Source: a virus. Taken from it: a DNA stretch of 64,000 nt. The stretch is from positions 1 through 64,000 of IMG/VR virus record IMGVR_UViG_3300021093_003813. One strand, written 5' to 3'. Below the pieces are notes generated by a model, which was not told where the DNA came from, did not search any database, and saw only the letters and a list, made by a program, of their open reading frames with translations. The position numbers and the translations under genes are program-made. Numbering within the stretch: the first letter of the stretch is position 1; the number at the start of each line of letters is the position of its first letter. Shown in pieces: positions 26,196 to 36,054 of the stretch.

Positions 26196-27001
26196 TATTC
26201 ACCTGTATAGATTTCATCAAAATCTTGAATGTAACCGTAATCGTCTGTGGGAAGAGCTGAGGTGGGATCTGGTTCTGTGGTAATTTTGGTGCCCACCTGA
26301 GTGTTGCCTGGCAAACGTCCTTCCAACAATGTGGGGTCAGCATAGATGTTCTGAATGACCTTCTTGATGAGGCTGGCATCTCGAACATAGCCATACAAAT
26401 TCAACTTCACAGTGAAATTCAAATCCCAGATGACACTCAAGCGTTTGTTAAAGCTACCTTCCCAGTCATCCTGGTATGATACATTATCTAGTACAATTTG
26501 CAAGTCATTTTTCACACCCAGTTCAGGAATGGTGTTGATGGTGACATTGAAATCTGGATTGAAATAGGGAAGAATCTGTTCAATGATTTGTAATCCATCC
26601 TCTTGATTCTTGACAAATGCACTCATGCTGATGCCCATGTTGTAGGGAGTGGACACGAATGAATACCGAACACCTGTGGATGAGTTGCCTGACTCGTCCA
26701 CAGCACGAACATTCTGTCTGACCGCTAGTTTTCTAGATGGGTCATAAGTGAAATTGGTGATTTCAAAACCAATTCTAGGTAAGGTGATGGCAAATGTGGC
26801 ACGACCTGGTTCCAGTATTGGTGCTTCACGAATACGGTCAATGAATTTCTGTTTAGGAGCATAACTCAATGGCACAAATAAACTTTGCACAGTTTCACCT
26901 TCATCATTGTTTCTACGAACTTGTATGTTGTTGAACAATGTTCCAAAGGCAATAATGGCTCTTCGGATGTGTTGATGATAGAAATATTTACCCTTGAACA
27001 T
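26195..27001 (-). CDS. gp15: tail terminator/sheath stabiliser gp15
   Basis: FGTLFNNI, VPLSYAPKQKF, QIIEQILPYFNP. Confidence 0.95.
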   Translation of the reverse strand: MFKGKYFYHQHIRRAIIAFGTLFNNIQVRRNNDEGETVQSLFVPLSYAPKQKFIDRIREAPILEPGRATFAITLPRIGFEITNFTYDPSRKLAVRQNVRAVDESGNSSTGVRYSFVSTPYNMGISMSAFVKNQEDGLQIIEQILPYFNPDFNVTINTIPELGVKNDLQIVLDNVSYQDDWEGSFNKRLSVIWDLNFTVKLNLYGYVRDASLIKKVIQNIYADPTLLEGRLPGNTQVGTKITTEPDPTSALPTDDYGYIQDFDEIYTGE

Positions 27002-27741
27002 TAGTATTCACCAAAGGGATTGATGTCACTGAAATCCAGGATGTCTTGACCTTCAGTTTCTATAGAAGCATTGTCACTGAATGGCACCAAGGCACGTGTA
27101 CCGAACACTTCTTGCACGATGCTGAATCCAGATTGCAACAACAATAAATCTCCTGATTCCATCAAGATGTTGTACTCGAACACATCTTGTGAATTTTTTG
27201 TTTCTGCTTCATCAATCTCAGCCACACCTGTGTCAAACTTCTCTGAACTGTATTGATACAATTCACAACTCATGCTGTAGATGTAGAACTTGTTCAGTTG
27301 ATAGAAAGGATTCAAATGTTCCACAAACTTGATTTCAAATAGGGCCTGGGTGCGAGGAAAATAAATCAAATCTCCTTCAGCAGGACGACTAGGAATTTGC
27401 AACAGTTCATCTGGTGCATTCCCCACAGCATCTTCCCAACGACGCTTGGACACCACGAATGTGGCTTGGTCTGTGACTTGAATACCAAACTTGGTGAATA
27501 TTTCTCTGTCACCATCCCACCCTTGAATGTTGGTGAGATACATTTCAATGGGGTAGGCATTTTCAAAACGGCTCAACACATCTTCACCTAGGATTTCATC
27601 TTGTTTCACTGAGGTGCGTGGCAGGTAGTACACATCATGGCCATATATCTTGATGCTTTCAATGATGAGGTCTTCCAGGAGCCGTTGTTCATTTGTGGTT
27701 CCCTGTGAGCTACCACTTTGAAAATAAAAATTGGTGGCCAT
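27001..27741 (-). CDS. gp14: neck protein gp14
   Basis: YGHDVYYLPR, RPAEGDLIYFP, PFYQL, DFSDINPFGE. Confidence 0.96.
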   Translation of the reverse strand: MATNFYFQSGSSQGTTNEQRLLEDLIIESIKIYGHDVYYLPRTSVKQDEILGEDVLSRFENAYPIEMYLTNIQGWDGDREIFTKFGIQVTDQATFVVSKRRWEDAVGNAPDELLQIPSRPAEGDLIYFPRTQALFEIKFVEHLNPFYQLNKFYIYSMSCELYQYSSEKFDTGVAEIDEAETKNSQDVFEYNILMESGDLLLLQSGFSIVQEVFGTRALVPFSDNASIETEGQDILDFSDINPFGEY

Positions 27742-27742
27742 G

Positions 27743-28711
27743 TTAGCCTACCATTAAGTCAACAGGCAACTCGTATCGGGATTGCATTTCTCTTTCCAGT
27801 TCATTGATTTCAGCAAGTGCTTCATCATAGATGATTTGTCCGTTCAAGATGACACCACCTGGCAGTTGCATGCCACCAAATTTCTTCAAGTTCTCACCCC
27901 ATTGACGCTTGATAAGAGCTGTCACATAGCGGCGAAGAAACATATCATTGTAGATTTCTGTGTAGGTTTCTGGATCCAAGGCACGATACACTTCAAACAC
28001 CACGAAATTTTCCTCGTTAAATGTGGTGTCCATGTCCACATCCAGATGAATCATGTCTTTCTTTCTGTTGAAGGTGAAGGTGCGAGAACCTGCAAATATG
28101 TCATCCAACAGTTGTAGATGTTGTTTCACTTGTTGATAGTAGATGATATCCGAGGACAACAAGTTGTACATATCATTCAACCGAAACTGATACACTACAT
28201 CAAAGATGTTGGTGCTGGCGCGACTGCTACCTGCGTCACCAAAAGGCAACACACGAATCACACCTGTGACAGCTTCTGCGACAGCAAAATCACCTGAAGT
28301 CCAGCTCTTTTCTGTGTAAGCCGCAGTAGCATGTAATGTGGTGGAGAATCCAGATGTGCCGCCAGTGATGGTTTCTCCATTCGCAAAGGTGCCTCGAACT
28401 GTTCGAACCTTTAAGATGCTACTGGTTTTCACCTCATACACCTTGGCAGTGGCGCCTGAGGTGGCACCAGTGATGGTTTCATTAATGGTGAATTGTGAAG
28501 CAAAGATGGTGGACAACTTAACTTCTGAGGCTTCTACTTGTGCCTTCAGATACACACGCTCCACACCATCAAAATGATATTCACTCCAGTAATCAATGGC
28601 ATCTTGCACTCTGTCTTCCACCTGGTCATCATCAACATTGATTTCAATAACAGGAAATCCAAGGCGGCGAAGGCAGTAATCTTTTAATTCTTGGCGAGTT
28701 GTGATTGCCAT
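27743..28711 (-). CDS. gp13: neck protein gp13
   Basis: YCLRRLGFPVIEINV, KRQWGENLKKF, LPGGVILNG. Confidence 0.96.
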   Translation of the reverse strand: MAITTRQELKDYCLRRLGFPVIEINVDDDQVEDRVQDAIDYWSEYHFDGVERVYLKAQVEASEVKLSTIFASQFTINETITGATSGATAKVYEVKTSSILKVRTVRGTFANGETITGGTSGFSTTLHATAAYTEKSWTSGDFAVAEAVTGVIRVLPFGDAGSSRASTNIFDVVYQFRLNDMYNLLSSDIIYYQQVKQHLQLLDDIFAGSRTFTFNRKKDMIHLDVDMDTTFNEENFVVFEVYRALDPETYTEIYNDMFLRRYVTALIKRQWGENLKKFGGMQLPGGVILNGQIIYDEALAEINELEREMQSRYELPVDLMVG

Positions 28712-28722
28712 GATTGGTTACC

Positions 28723-31700
28723 TTATTGCTTGTTGATTTTAGCTTCCAATTCTTCAATCTTCTTTTGTTGTTCCTTGATGGCTTCAATCAAGAGGGGAAC
28801 CAACTTTTCATATTGAACTGTTAAATATTCAGTTGTCACTTCCAAGTCACGAACAAAGGGTGCCACACGAACTGCTTCTGGAAGAACGTTCTGTACTTGT
28901 TGTGCGCTCACACCCACTTGTTGTTGGTCATTATTGAAACCGAAAGATTTAGCAGTTTCATTTTCTGTGTAGTAGTATCCGTTCAGTGCCATCACTTTTT
29001 TCAAAGCGTTATCAATGTTACCAGAAAAATTCTTTAAACGTTCATCTGAATAGAACGCTGTGATTTCACCTGTTGCACGGAATGCACCCACGTTATCAGT
29101 ACCACCAGTGGCATCTAACTTGATGGTATCATCAGCATCATTATCTACTTGAATATGAAGAACTGTGGCTTCACCTGAGGATGCGTAATAATTGATTCGT
29201 GCCAAGTCACCGCTACCACCACCTGGATCTGCACCGAATTTGATACCATTGGATGTGGTGGAACCATTGGATACAGTTAATGCCCCAGAAATTGTTAATC
29301 CAGTCAAAGTACCTACAGATGTCAAACTGGAGGCCGTCACACCTGATGCCAAAGTGCTACCTGACAAGGTGCCAGCTGCTGCAGTCACTGTGATGTCACC
29401 AGAACCGTTGAATGATACACCGTTGATGTTTCGTGCTGTTGCCAATGTGGTGGCAGTTGTGGCATTGCCTGACAATGCTGCTGTGATGGTGCCTGCGCTG
29501 AAGTTGCCAGATGCGTCACGTGCCACAATAGTGCTGCCTGTGTTGGCGTTGGTGGCATTGCTGGTGACTGTGAATGTTGCAGCACTAGAGCCATTGTAAG
29601 TAGTAGAACCAGAAAGACCAGTACCTGATACGTTAGTAGTAAATGTTGCCAAGTTACTGCCTAGTGACACACCTGAGATAGTACTGTTGGTCAATGAAGC
29701 ATTGGCAATGTTACTTAAAGTATTACTGCTACCACTGATGGTCTTGTTAGTCAAAGTCAAGCTGTTGCTGGCTGTAGCCACAGTAACACCTTCAATGGTC
29801 ACTGTGCCTGCGGCACTTCTGGCAATTGTGGTATCAGTGGCATGACCCAATTCAATACTACCCACACCTAGAGCTGCTGATGTTGAGGCAGTAATACCTG
29901 ACACAGGAAGACCTGTGCAATTGGTCAATGTACCGCTGGTAGGTGTACCAAGAACAGGTGTGACCAATGTGGGTGTGTTGGCAAACACCAAGGCACCTGA
30001 ACCTGTTTCATCTGTGACAGCAGCTATCAAGTTGGCTGATGAGGGAGTGGCCAAGAAGGTGGCAACACCTGTGCCTAGACCACTGATACCAGTGGATACT
30101 GGAAGACCTGTACAACTGGTCAATGTACCTGAACTTGGAGTACCTAATACAGGTGTGGTTAATGTAGGTGATGTTAAGGTTTTGTTGGTAAGTGTTTGTG
30201 CCCCTGTTAATGTTGCCACTGTGCTGTCAATGGCTATTGTAACGGCACTAGAACCATTATAACTGGTACCAGACAACCCTGTGCTGATGGTTAATGCACT
30301 TAAATTGCTTCCCAGTGATATACCTGAGATGGTGCTGTTGGTTAGTGAGGCATTGGCAATGTTGCTTAGAGTGTTGCTGCCACCACTGATGGTCTTGTTG
30401 GTAAGTGTTTGAGTACCAGTAGTGGTTACCAATGGAATTTCAGAGCCAGTTAGACCTGCCATCCAATTGTCATTGGTTTCATCCCAAGTCACACTAGCAT
30501 TGGTTGATGTACCACGTTCCACTTCAATACCTGCGTTCTGTGATGGTGAACCTGTTTCATCACTGTTCAACACAAGAATGTTGTCACCAATGGTTACTGT
30601 GTTGCTATTCACTGTGGTGGTGGTACCGCTTACAGTCAAGTCACCACTCAATGTCAAGTTGGCAGCATTTATAGTGCCAGTGAATGTAGGTGACGCACTG
30701 AACACCAAAGTTGAAGAACCTGTTTCATCTGTGACAGCCGAAGCCAAGTTAGCAGAACTTGGTGTGGCCAAGAAGGTGGCAACACCTGTACCTAGACCTG
30801 ACACACCTGAGGAGATGGGAAGACCTGTGCAATTGGTCAATGTGCCTGAACTTGGAGTTCCCAGCACAGGCGTTGTTAATGTGGGTGATGTTAAGGTCTT
30901 GTTGGTGAGTGTGTCAGTTGATGAAGTGGTGACAATGTTCACTCCTTCAATTGCCACCACACCTGCTGATACACGGCTGATGGTGGTGTCTGTGGCATGA
31001 CCCAATTCAACACTACCCACACCTAGAGCTGTTGAAGTGGAAGCTGTGATGCCAGATACCGGCAATTCAGTACAGTTGGTCAATGTACCGCTGGTGGGTG
31101 TACCAAGAACAGGTGTGACCAATGTAGGTGTGTTGGCAAACACCAGAGCGCCAGTGCCTGTTTCATCAGTCAAAGCAGATGCAAGATTGGCTGAACTTGG
31201 TGTGGCCAAGAAGGTGGCAACACCTGTGCCTAGACCACTGATACCTGTGGATACTGGAAGTCCTGTGGCATTGGTCAATGTCACACTTGAAGGTGTTCCC
31301 AGCACAGGTGTGACCAATGTGGGGCTGCTGGCAAACACCAGAGCGCCAGTACCTGTTTCATCTGTGACAGCCGAGGCCAAGTTGGCTGAACTTGGTGTAG
31401 CTAGGAACGTGGCAACACCAGTACCCAAGCCACTGATACCTGTGGACACAGGCAATCCAGTACAACTGGTCAATGTACCTGAACTTGGAGTACCCAGCAC
31501 AGGTGTGGTCAAGGTGGGTGATGTTAATGTCTTATTGGTCAGCGTCTGTGTAGTGTCAGTACCCACCATTGTGGTGGTGGCATCTGGCAACGTGATGGTT
31601 CTGTCTGCTGTTGGGTCTGCGACAGTCAGTGTAGTTTCAAACGCATCAGCAGTGGCACCTTCAAACACGATGCTGGCATCATTCAAGGTCAATCCAGTTA

Positions 31701-33168
31701 CAACTGGACTTGTTATTGTTTTGTTGGTTAACGTGTCTGTAGAAGAAGTTGTTACTACATTGACACCTTCAATTGCAACAACACCAGCAGAAACCCTAGA
31801 AAGTGTAGTGTCGGTTGCATGTCCAAGTTCAACTGAACCAACACCTAAAGCTGTTGAAGTAGATGCTGTCAATCCACTGATAGGCAAGTCAGTACAATTG
31901 GTAAGTGTGCCTGAACTTGGAGTACCTAATACAGGTGTTGTTAATGTGGGGCTGGTAAGTGTCTTGTTGGTTAATGTGTCAGTTGTAGCCCGGCCTACCA
32001 AAGTATCAGATGATGTTGGTAATGTCAATGTACCTGTGTTGCTGATACTGCTGATGACAGGTAATGTTAGTGTCTTGTTGGTCAATGTGTCAGTTGTAGC
32101 CCGACCCACCAACGTGTCAGATGATGTTGGTAATGTTAATACACCTGTGTTGCTGATGCTTGAAATGACAGGTAATGTTAGTGTCTTGTTGGTTAATGTG
32201 TCAGTTGTGGCACGACCCACTAATGTGTCAGTTGATGTAGGTAAGGTCAATGTACCTGTATTAGTAATGCTGCTGATGACAGGTGTGGTTAGTGTTTTGT
32301 TGGTGAGTGTTTCTGCACCTGTGAGTGTTGCAAAATTATCATCAGTTAAAGCAGAGTTGAACTCAGCCACCGTGCCAGACACGGTGTTGCTACCAAGAGC
32401 AATAGTTTTGTTGGATAGTGTTTGTGTACCGGAAGTTGTAACCAAAGGCACTTCAGCACCTGTCAACCCTGCTTGCCAGTTGTCAGCAGTTTCATTCCAA
32501 ATCAAAGAGGCGTTGGTGGAAGTACCACGTTCCACTTCAATGCCTGCATTTTGTGATGGAGTACCTGCTTCATCAGCATTCAACAGAATGGTGTTGTCAC
32601 CCAAAGTCACGGTGTTGGATGTGACTGAGGTGGTGGCGCCATTCACCGTCAAGTTGCCTGAGATGGTGACATCAGCACCTGACATGGTGATGGCAGTGGT
32701 GGGTGTGGCACCAGATTTGATGACCAGTTCACCGCCTGACTGTGACAAACTGCCGAATGTAGTTCCGCCATCTTTCAACAACACATCAGCACCATCAGCG
32801 TCCAGAACAATGTCACCGGCAGCATCCACAGTGAAGTCTGCTGAAGCGTTCACTTGTGCGATGGTAGGTGTGGTTAATGTCTTGTTGGTGAGTGTTTCTG
32901 AACCTGCCAAGGTAGCGAAATCTCCATCACTCAAGGCGGTATTGAATTGAGCAATAGTACCAGACAATGTGTTGCTGGTTAAATTGATGGTCTTGTTGGT
33001 CAACGTAACAGTGCTGGAACCAGTTATCAAGGCGTGACCACCTGCTGTAGAGCCATCATGCACTCGAATAACATTCAATTGTGTATCAACACTCAATTCA
33101 CCAGCAGCACCTGTAAAGCTGTTGTTTTGTGATGTTGTACCTCTTCTAAATTGCACCTGTGTTGGCAT
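28723..33168 (-). CDS. long repetitive tail fibre with C-terminal intramolecular chaperone (peptidase S74)
   Basis: QFRRGT...GEL N-terminal fibre motif; many TLTNKT repeats; YSDERLK...YEKLVPLLIEAIKEQ chaperone domain. Confidence 0.88.
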   Translation of the reverse strand: MPTQVQFRRGTTSQNNSFTGAAGELSVDTQLNVIRVHDGSTAGGHALITGSSTVTLTNKTINLTSNTLSGTIAQFNTALSDGDFATLAGSETLTNKTLTTPTIAQVNASADFTVDAAGDIVLDADGADVLLKDGGTTFGSLSQSGGELVIKSGATPTTAITMSGADVTISGNLTVNGATTSVTSNTVTLGDNTILLNADEAGTPSQNAGIEVERGTSTNASLIWNETADNWQAGLTGAEVPLVTTSGTQTLSNKTIALGSNTVSGTVAEFNSALTDDNFATLTGAETLTNKTLTTPVISSITNTGTLTLPTSTDTLVGRATTDTLTNKTLTLPVISSISNTGVLTLPTSSDTLVGRATTDTLTNKTLTLPVISSISNTGTLTLPTSSDTLVGRATTDTLTNKTLTSPTLTTPVLGTPSSGTLTNCTDLPISGLTASTSTALGVGSVELGHATDTTLSRVSAGVVAIEGVNVVTTSSTDTLTNKTITSPVVTGLTLNDASIVFEGATADAFETTLTVADPTADRTITLPDATTTMVGTDTTQTLTNKTLTSPTLTTPVLGTPSSGTLTSCTGLPVSTGISGLGTGVATFLATPSSANLASAVTDETGTGALVFASSPTLVTPVLGTPSSVTLTNATGLPVSTGISGLGTGVATFLATPSSANLASALTDETGTGALVFANTPTLVTPVLGTPTSGTLTNCTELPVSGITASTSTALGVGSVELGHATDTTISRVSAGVVAIEGVNIVTTSSTDTLTNKTLTSPTLTTPVLGTPSSGTLTNCTGLPISSGVSGLGTGVATFLATPSSANLASAVTDETGSSTLVFSASPTFTGTINAANLTLSGDLTVSGTTTTVNSNTVTIGDNILVLNSDETGSPSQNAGIEVERGTSTNASVTWDETNDNWMAGLTGSEIPLVTTTGTQTLTNKTISGGSNTLSNIANASLTNSTISGISLGSNLSALTISTGLSGTSYNGSSAVTIAIDSTVATLTGAQTLTNKTLTSPTLTTPVLGTPSSGTLTSCTGLPVSTGISGLGTGVATFLATPSSANLIAAVTDETGSGALVFANTPTLVTPVLGTPTSGTLTNCTGLPVSGITASTSAALGVGSIELGHATDTTIARSAAGTVTIEGVTVATASNSLTLTNKTISGSSNTLSNIANASLTNSTISGVSLGSNLATFTTNVSGTGLSGSTTYNGSSAATFTVTSNATNANTGSTIVARDASGNFSAGTITAALSGNATTATTLATARNINGVSFNGSGDITVTAAAGTLSGSTLASGVTASSLTSVGTLTGLTISGALTVSNGSTTSNGIKFGADPGGGSGDLARINYYASSGEATVLHIQVDNDADDTIKLDATGGTDNVGAFRATGEITAFYSDERLKNFSGNIDNALKKVMALNGYYYTENETAKSFGFNNDQQQVGVSAQQVQNVLPEAVRVAPFVRDLEVTTEYLTVQYEKLVPLLIEAIKEQQKKIEELEAKINKQ
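31960..32310. repeat. 111-bp (37 aa) tandem repeat, about 3 copies, inside fibre
   Basis: agttgt(a/g)gc anchors at 31981, 32092 and 32203; unit GTLTLPTSSDTLVGRATTDTLTNKTLTLPVISSISNT. Confidence 0.85.
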
Positions 33169-33188
33169 CTATATTCTCCTAAACGTTT

Positions 33189-33515
33189 TTACAACGCACC
33201 TAAATCTTTCACGGCAAGCCCGCCTGTAGGTGATGTTAAACAGTCAAATTGTCTGTCGATAGTTTGTCCAAATGGATCCACTTCTAGAGCGGAAAAGTCT
33301 TCATAGTCCCCTGTAGGAAACGTGATGGCAGCAATGGAAGCTTCCACAGTGCTAACATCAGCATAATTGGCAACAGTTATAACTGAACCACTACCATTAC
33401 GAACGTAGATGAGTTGGTCGGCAGTGTTGATTGCCAACTCACCAATAGCTATGTCACTGGTAGTAGGTACAGTATCGGCAACATCACTTCTTTTTGGTTT
33501 GATTATTGTTGCCAT
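33189..33515 (-). CDS. small fibre-associated protein
   Basis: IKPKRS...GELAINTAD fibre N-terminal motif with essentially no shaft. Confidence 0.7.
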   Translation of the reverse strand: MATIIKPKRSDVADTVPTTSDIAIGELAINTADQLIYVRNGSGSVITVANYADVSTVEASIAAITFPTGDYEDFSALEVDPFGQTIDRQFDCLTSPTGGLAVKDLGAL

Positions 33516-33688
33516 GTGCTATTATTTGGTTCAGAGGGTTCAGTTTGTGGGACCTTGGTTTTCAATTCTTCAATCTCTTCCTGAGCCAGAGCAAGTTGTG
33601 TAGTCAACATGGTTTTATCCATGGTTAATGCTTTCACTTGCTCGGCTAAAGAAGAAATGTATTTGTTCAGAAATTTCTGTGTGTCCAT
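33503..33688 (-). CDS. small coiled-coil protein
   Basis: 61 aa heptad-like ORF between fibre genes. Confidence 0.65.
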   Translation of the reverse strand: MDTQKFLNKYISSLAEQVKALTMDKTMLTTQLALAQEEIEELKTKVPQTEPSEPNNSTWQQ

Positions 33689-33708
33689 AATGTAATCTCA
33701 ATTATTTA

Positions 33709-35418
33709 TTAGAATGTGCCACCATCAATTGTATTTGTGTAAACTGGAACACCCCCACCAGTAACACTTAAAAATTGTCCTGATGTTCCTGCTGCTGTGA
33801 CTTGGATGGCACTTGCTCCGTTACCATACAACACACCATTTGATGTAAATGTTGTGGCGCCGGTACCACCGTTAGCTACGGTGATGGCTGAGGCAAGATT
33901 TGAAACTGTGCCTCCTTCAAGATTTGCCACCAAGGTACCAACGGTGAAACCTGTACCTGATGTGTTCACAGTTGATGTGGGTTCTGCTTGCAAATCTTTA
34001 AACAATTTGAATTTATCACTATCTGAAGCATCCTTGAACAAACCAGCATACTTTGTTGTTGCTGATACAATGTATTCAGCATAGAAACCAAGGTCTACTG
34101 AGTTGGCTGAGTTGTCAGTTCCCAACTTCAACAACACATCATCCACAGACAATGTGGTGCTGTTGATGATGGTGGTAGCACCATTCACAGTCAAGTTACC
34201 TGCCACAGTGACATCAGCACCTGAAAGTGTCAAGGCAGTTGTACCGCCTGATGACTTGATGTCGTTACCTGTCACCGTTAAATCACCTACAACAGTGACA
34301 TCAGCACCTGATAGTGTCAAGGCAGTTGTACCGCCTGATGCCTTGATGTCATTACCTGTCACCGTTAAATCACCTGCAACAGCAACATCGCCTGATCCTG
34401 AGAATGTCAATGCTGTGGTTCCGCCTGACATCTTGATATCATTACCGCCAACGGTCAAGTCACCTACTAATGCCACGTCTGTGGTCAAGGCAACTGTTAC
34501 ACCAGCAGTTTCTGAACCAGAACCTGATACTGAGATTTGATTGGCTGTGCCTGTCACAGTGGCAACATAGTTGCCGGTGGTGTCTGTGCCTAGTGCCACT
34601 GAATCAGCAGCAATTGCCACCACACCTGCTTCTGTTACAGTGATGTCACCTGAGAAACCAGCATACACATAATCAGCTACATTTTCTGCTGTGATTTTGC
34701 GATTGGCAGTAGCTGAATCATCATACACAAAGAAGGCATCATCATCAGCCAATGTGGCTAATGCTGTGGTGCCTGTGACATCCACCTTGCTACCTTGCAC
34801 AGAGTTGATGGTAACTGCACCTGATGTTACCGTAAAGTTGGTGCTATTGAAAGATGCCACACCCTTGTTGCTGTCAGTGGCTTCTTCTGCTGCAATTGTT
34901 ACAACATTGTCTGTGATGGCAGTATCAATACCTTCACCGCCAGTGAATGTCAATGTTTGACCTGTGCTAAAGGTGTCAGATCCTGTATCACCAGCTATTG
35001 TGAACGAGGATGAGGCAGGTGCTGAAAATGACAATACACCTGAACCGTTAGTGACCAAAACATTGCCGTTGCTACCATCAGCAGCAGGTAGTGTAAATGT
35101 CAAGTCGGCAGCTAATGTATTGGCTGCCTTCAATTGTACAAAGTTTACACCGTTGTTGGTGCCTTCAAACAAGGTGACTTTGCCACCCACAGTGGAAGTT
35201 TCAGGTGTCAAGAAGTCATCAACAGTGTTGGTGTAGTACTTACCACCTATTTTGTCAATGACTGCTGTGGTACCGTCTGATGCTCTAGATTCAATGTACA
35301 AAATACCGTTGGCACCATTGCCAGCACGGTCTTCAGCATATGCCAATTCACCTTCTGCTAGGTCACCTGTGGTGGGAGCTGTTGCTCCAGTGGATCTTTT
35401 GATTTGAATTACTGTCAT
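33709..35418 (-). CDS. tail fibre-like protein
   Basis: IQIKRS...GELAY N-terminus; GDLTVxGNDIK repeats x3; ends IDGGTF. Confidence 0.8.
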   Translation of the reverse strand: MTVIQIKRSTGATAPTTGDLAEGELAYAEDRAGNGANGILYIESRASDGTTAVIDKIGGKYYTNTVDDFLTPETSTVGGKVTLFEGTNNGVNFVQLKAANTLAADLTFTLPAADGSNGNVLVTNGSGVLSFSAPASSSFTIAGDTGSDTFSTGQTLTFTGGEGIDTAITDNVVTIAAEEATDSNKGVASFNSTNFTVTSGAVTINSVQGSKVDVTGTTALATLADDDAFFVYDDSATANRKITAENVADYVYAGFSGDITVTEAGVVAIAADSVALGTDTTGNYVATVTGTANQISVSGSGSETAGVTVALTTDVALVGDLTVGGNDIKMSGGTTALTFSGSGDVAVAGDLTVTGNDIKASGGTTALTLSGADVTVVGDLTVTGNDIKSSGGTTALTLSGADVTVAGNLTVNGATTIINSTTLSVDDVLLKLGTDNSANSVDLGFYAEYIVSATTKYAGLFKDASDSDKFKLFKDLQAEPTSTVNTSGTGFTVGTLVANLEGGTVSNLASAITVANGGTGATTFTSNGVLYGNGASAIQVTAAGTSGQFLSVTGGGVPVYTNTIDGGTF

Positions 35419-35448
35419 GAATACTTCTCCGGATTTAGATTACTTAGG

Positions 35449-35661
35449 TTAGAATGTTCCGCCGTCTATGTTACCAACGTTTGTGGTTGCTGCTTGTGCC
35501 ACCCATTCTTCATTATCAGCGTCATAGACCAATGTGTAACCATCTTCCAAATCAGTAGAATTCACGTTTTTCAATTGTTCCAAATTCACAGAAGGGATGC
35601 TGATTTTTCGTACTGTGGTGTTGATGCTTGGTTGTGTAGAGGTTGTTACTTTCAATGGCAT
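35449..35661 (-). CDS. small virion protein
   Basis: L..LKNV...DGYTLVYD...WV short fibre repeat; ends IDGGTF. Confidence 0.7.
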   Translation of the reverse strand: MPLKVTTSTQPSINTTVRKISIPSVNLEQLKNVNSTDLEDGYTLVYDADNEEWVAQAATTNVGNIDGGTF

Positions 35662-36008
35662 TATCGTGTCACCTCAGGTGTTACTGTGACAATGCCTTCC
35701 AGTACCCGGGTGACAGTACCACCGTCACCTTCAGGTGCCTCAATTTCCACATCATACACATATCTGCCAGCTTTCAAAGCTGATGTTTGTGCGTCTGTCA
35801 ACTCCATCACCAACTCACCTGTTTCAGGTGTCTCAGAAGTCACGGTGAATGATGTGGAACTGTTGGCTCCATAACTTTTCCGCATTTGCGCTCTGAGGGT
35901 GTAACCAGTTAAATCAATCTCGTTGCCGTTAACATCAGCCACGGTGATTGTCAAAGAAAATGTTGTTCCTTGGTCAATCACCAAGTTATTAACTGTAGCC
36001 ATGGACAT
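35661..36008 (-). CDS. Ig-like virion/fibre adaptor protein
   Basis: NLVIDQGTTF, AQMRKSY, GRYVYDVEI, RVLEGIVTVTPEVTR: family common in T4-like fibre regions. Confidence 0.75.
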   Translation of the reverse strand: MSMATVNNLVIDQGTTFSLTITVADVNGNEIDLTGYTLRAQMRKSYGANSSTSFTVTSETPETGELVMELTDAQTSALKAGRYVYDVEIEAPEGDGGTVTRVLEGIVTVTPEVTR

Positions 36009-36034
36009 TCTCGGTCATAGGTGATTACTACAGT

Positions 36035-36042
36035 TATTTATA
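36035..36042 (-). promoter_or_regulatory. late promoter (fibre/neck operon)
   Basis: TATAAATA on minus strand. Confidence 0.8.
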
Positions 36043-36054
36043 ATTGTTCTGTGG

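Noticed and set aside
31037-32950. 637 aa plus-strand ORF and similar Val/Pro-rich antisense ORFs in fibre genes
   Set aside because: Antisense artefact of Thr/Gly/Ser codon bias; no promoter, SD or recognisable motif.
28723-33168. Repeats as a CRISPR array or DGR template/variable repeats
   Set aside because: Repeats are in-frame coding modules with mostly synonymous differences; no spacer structure, and no cas or reverse transcriptase gene in the window.
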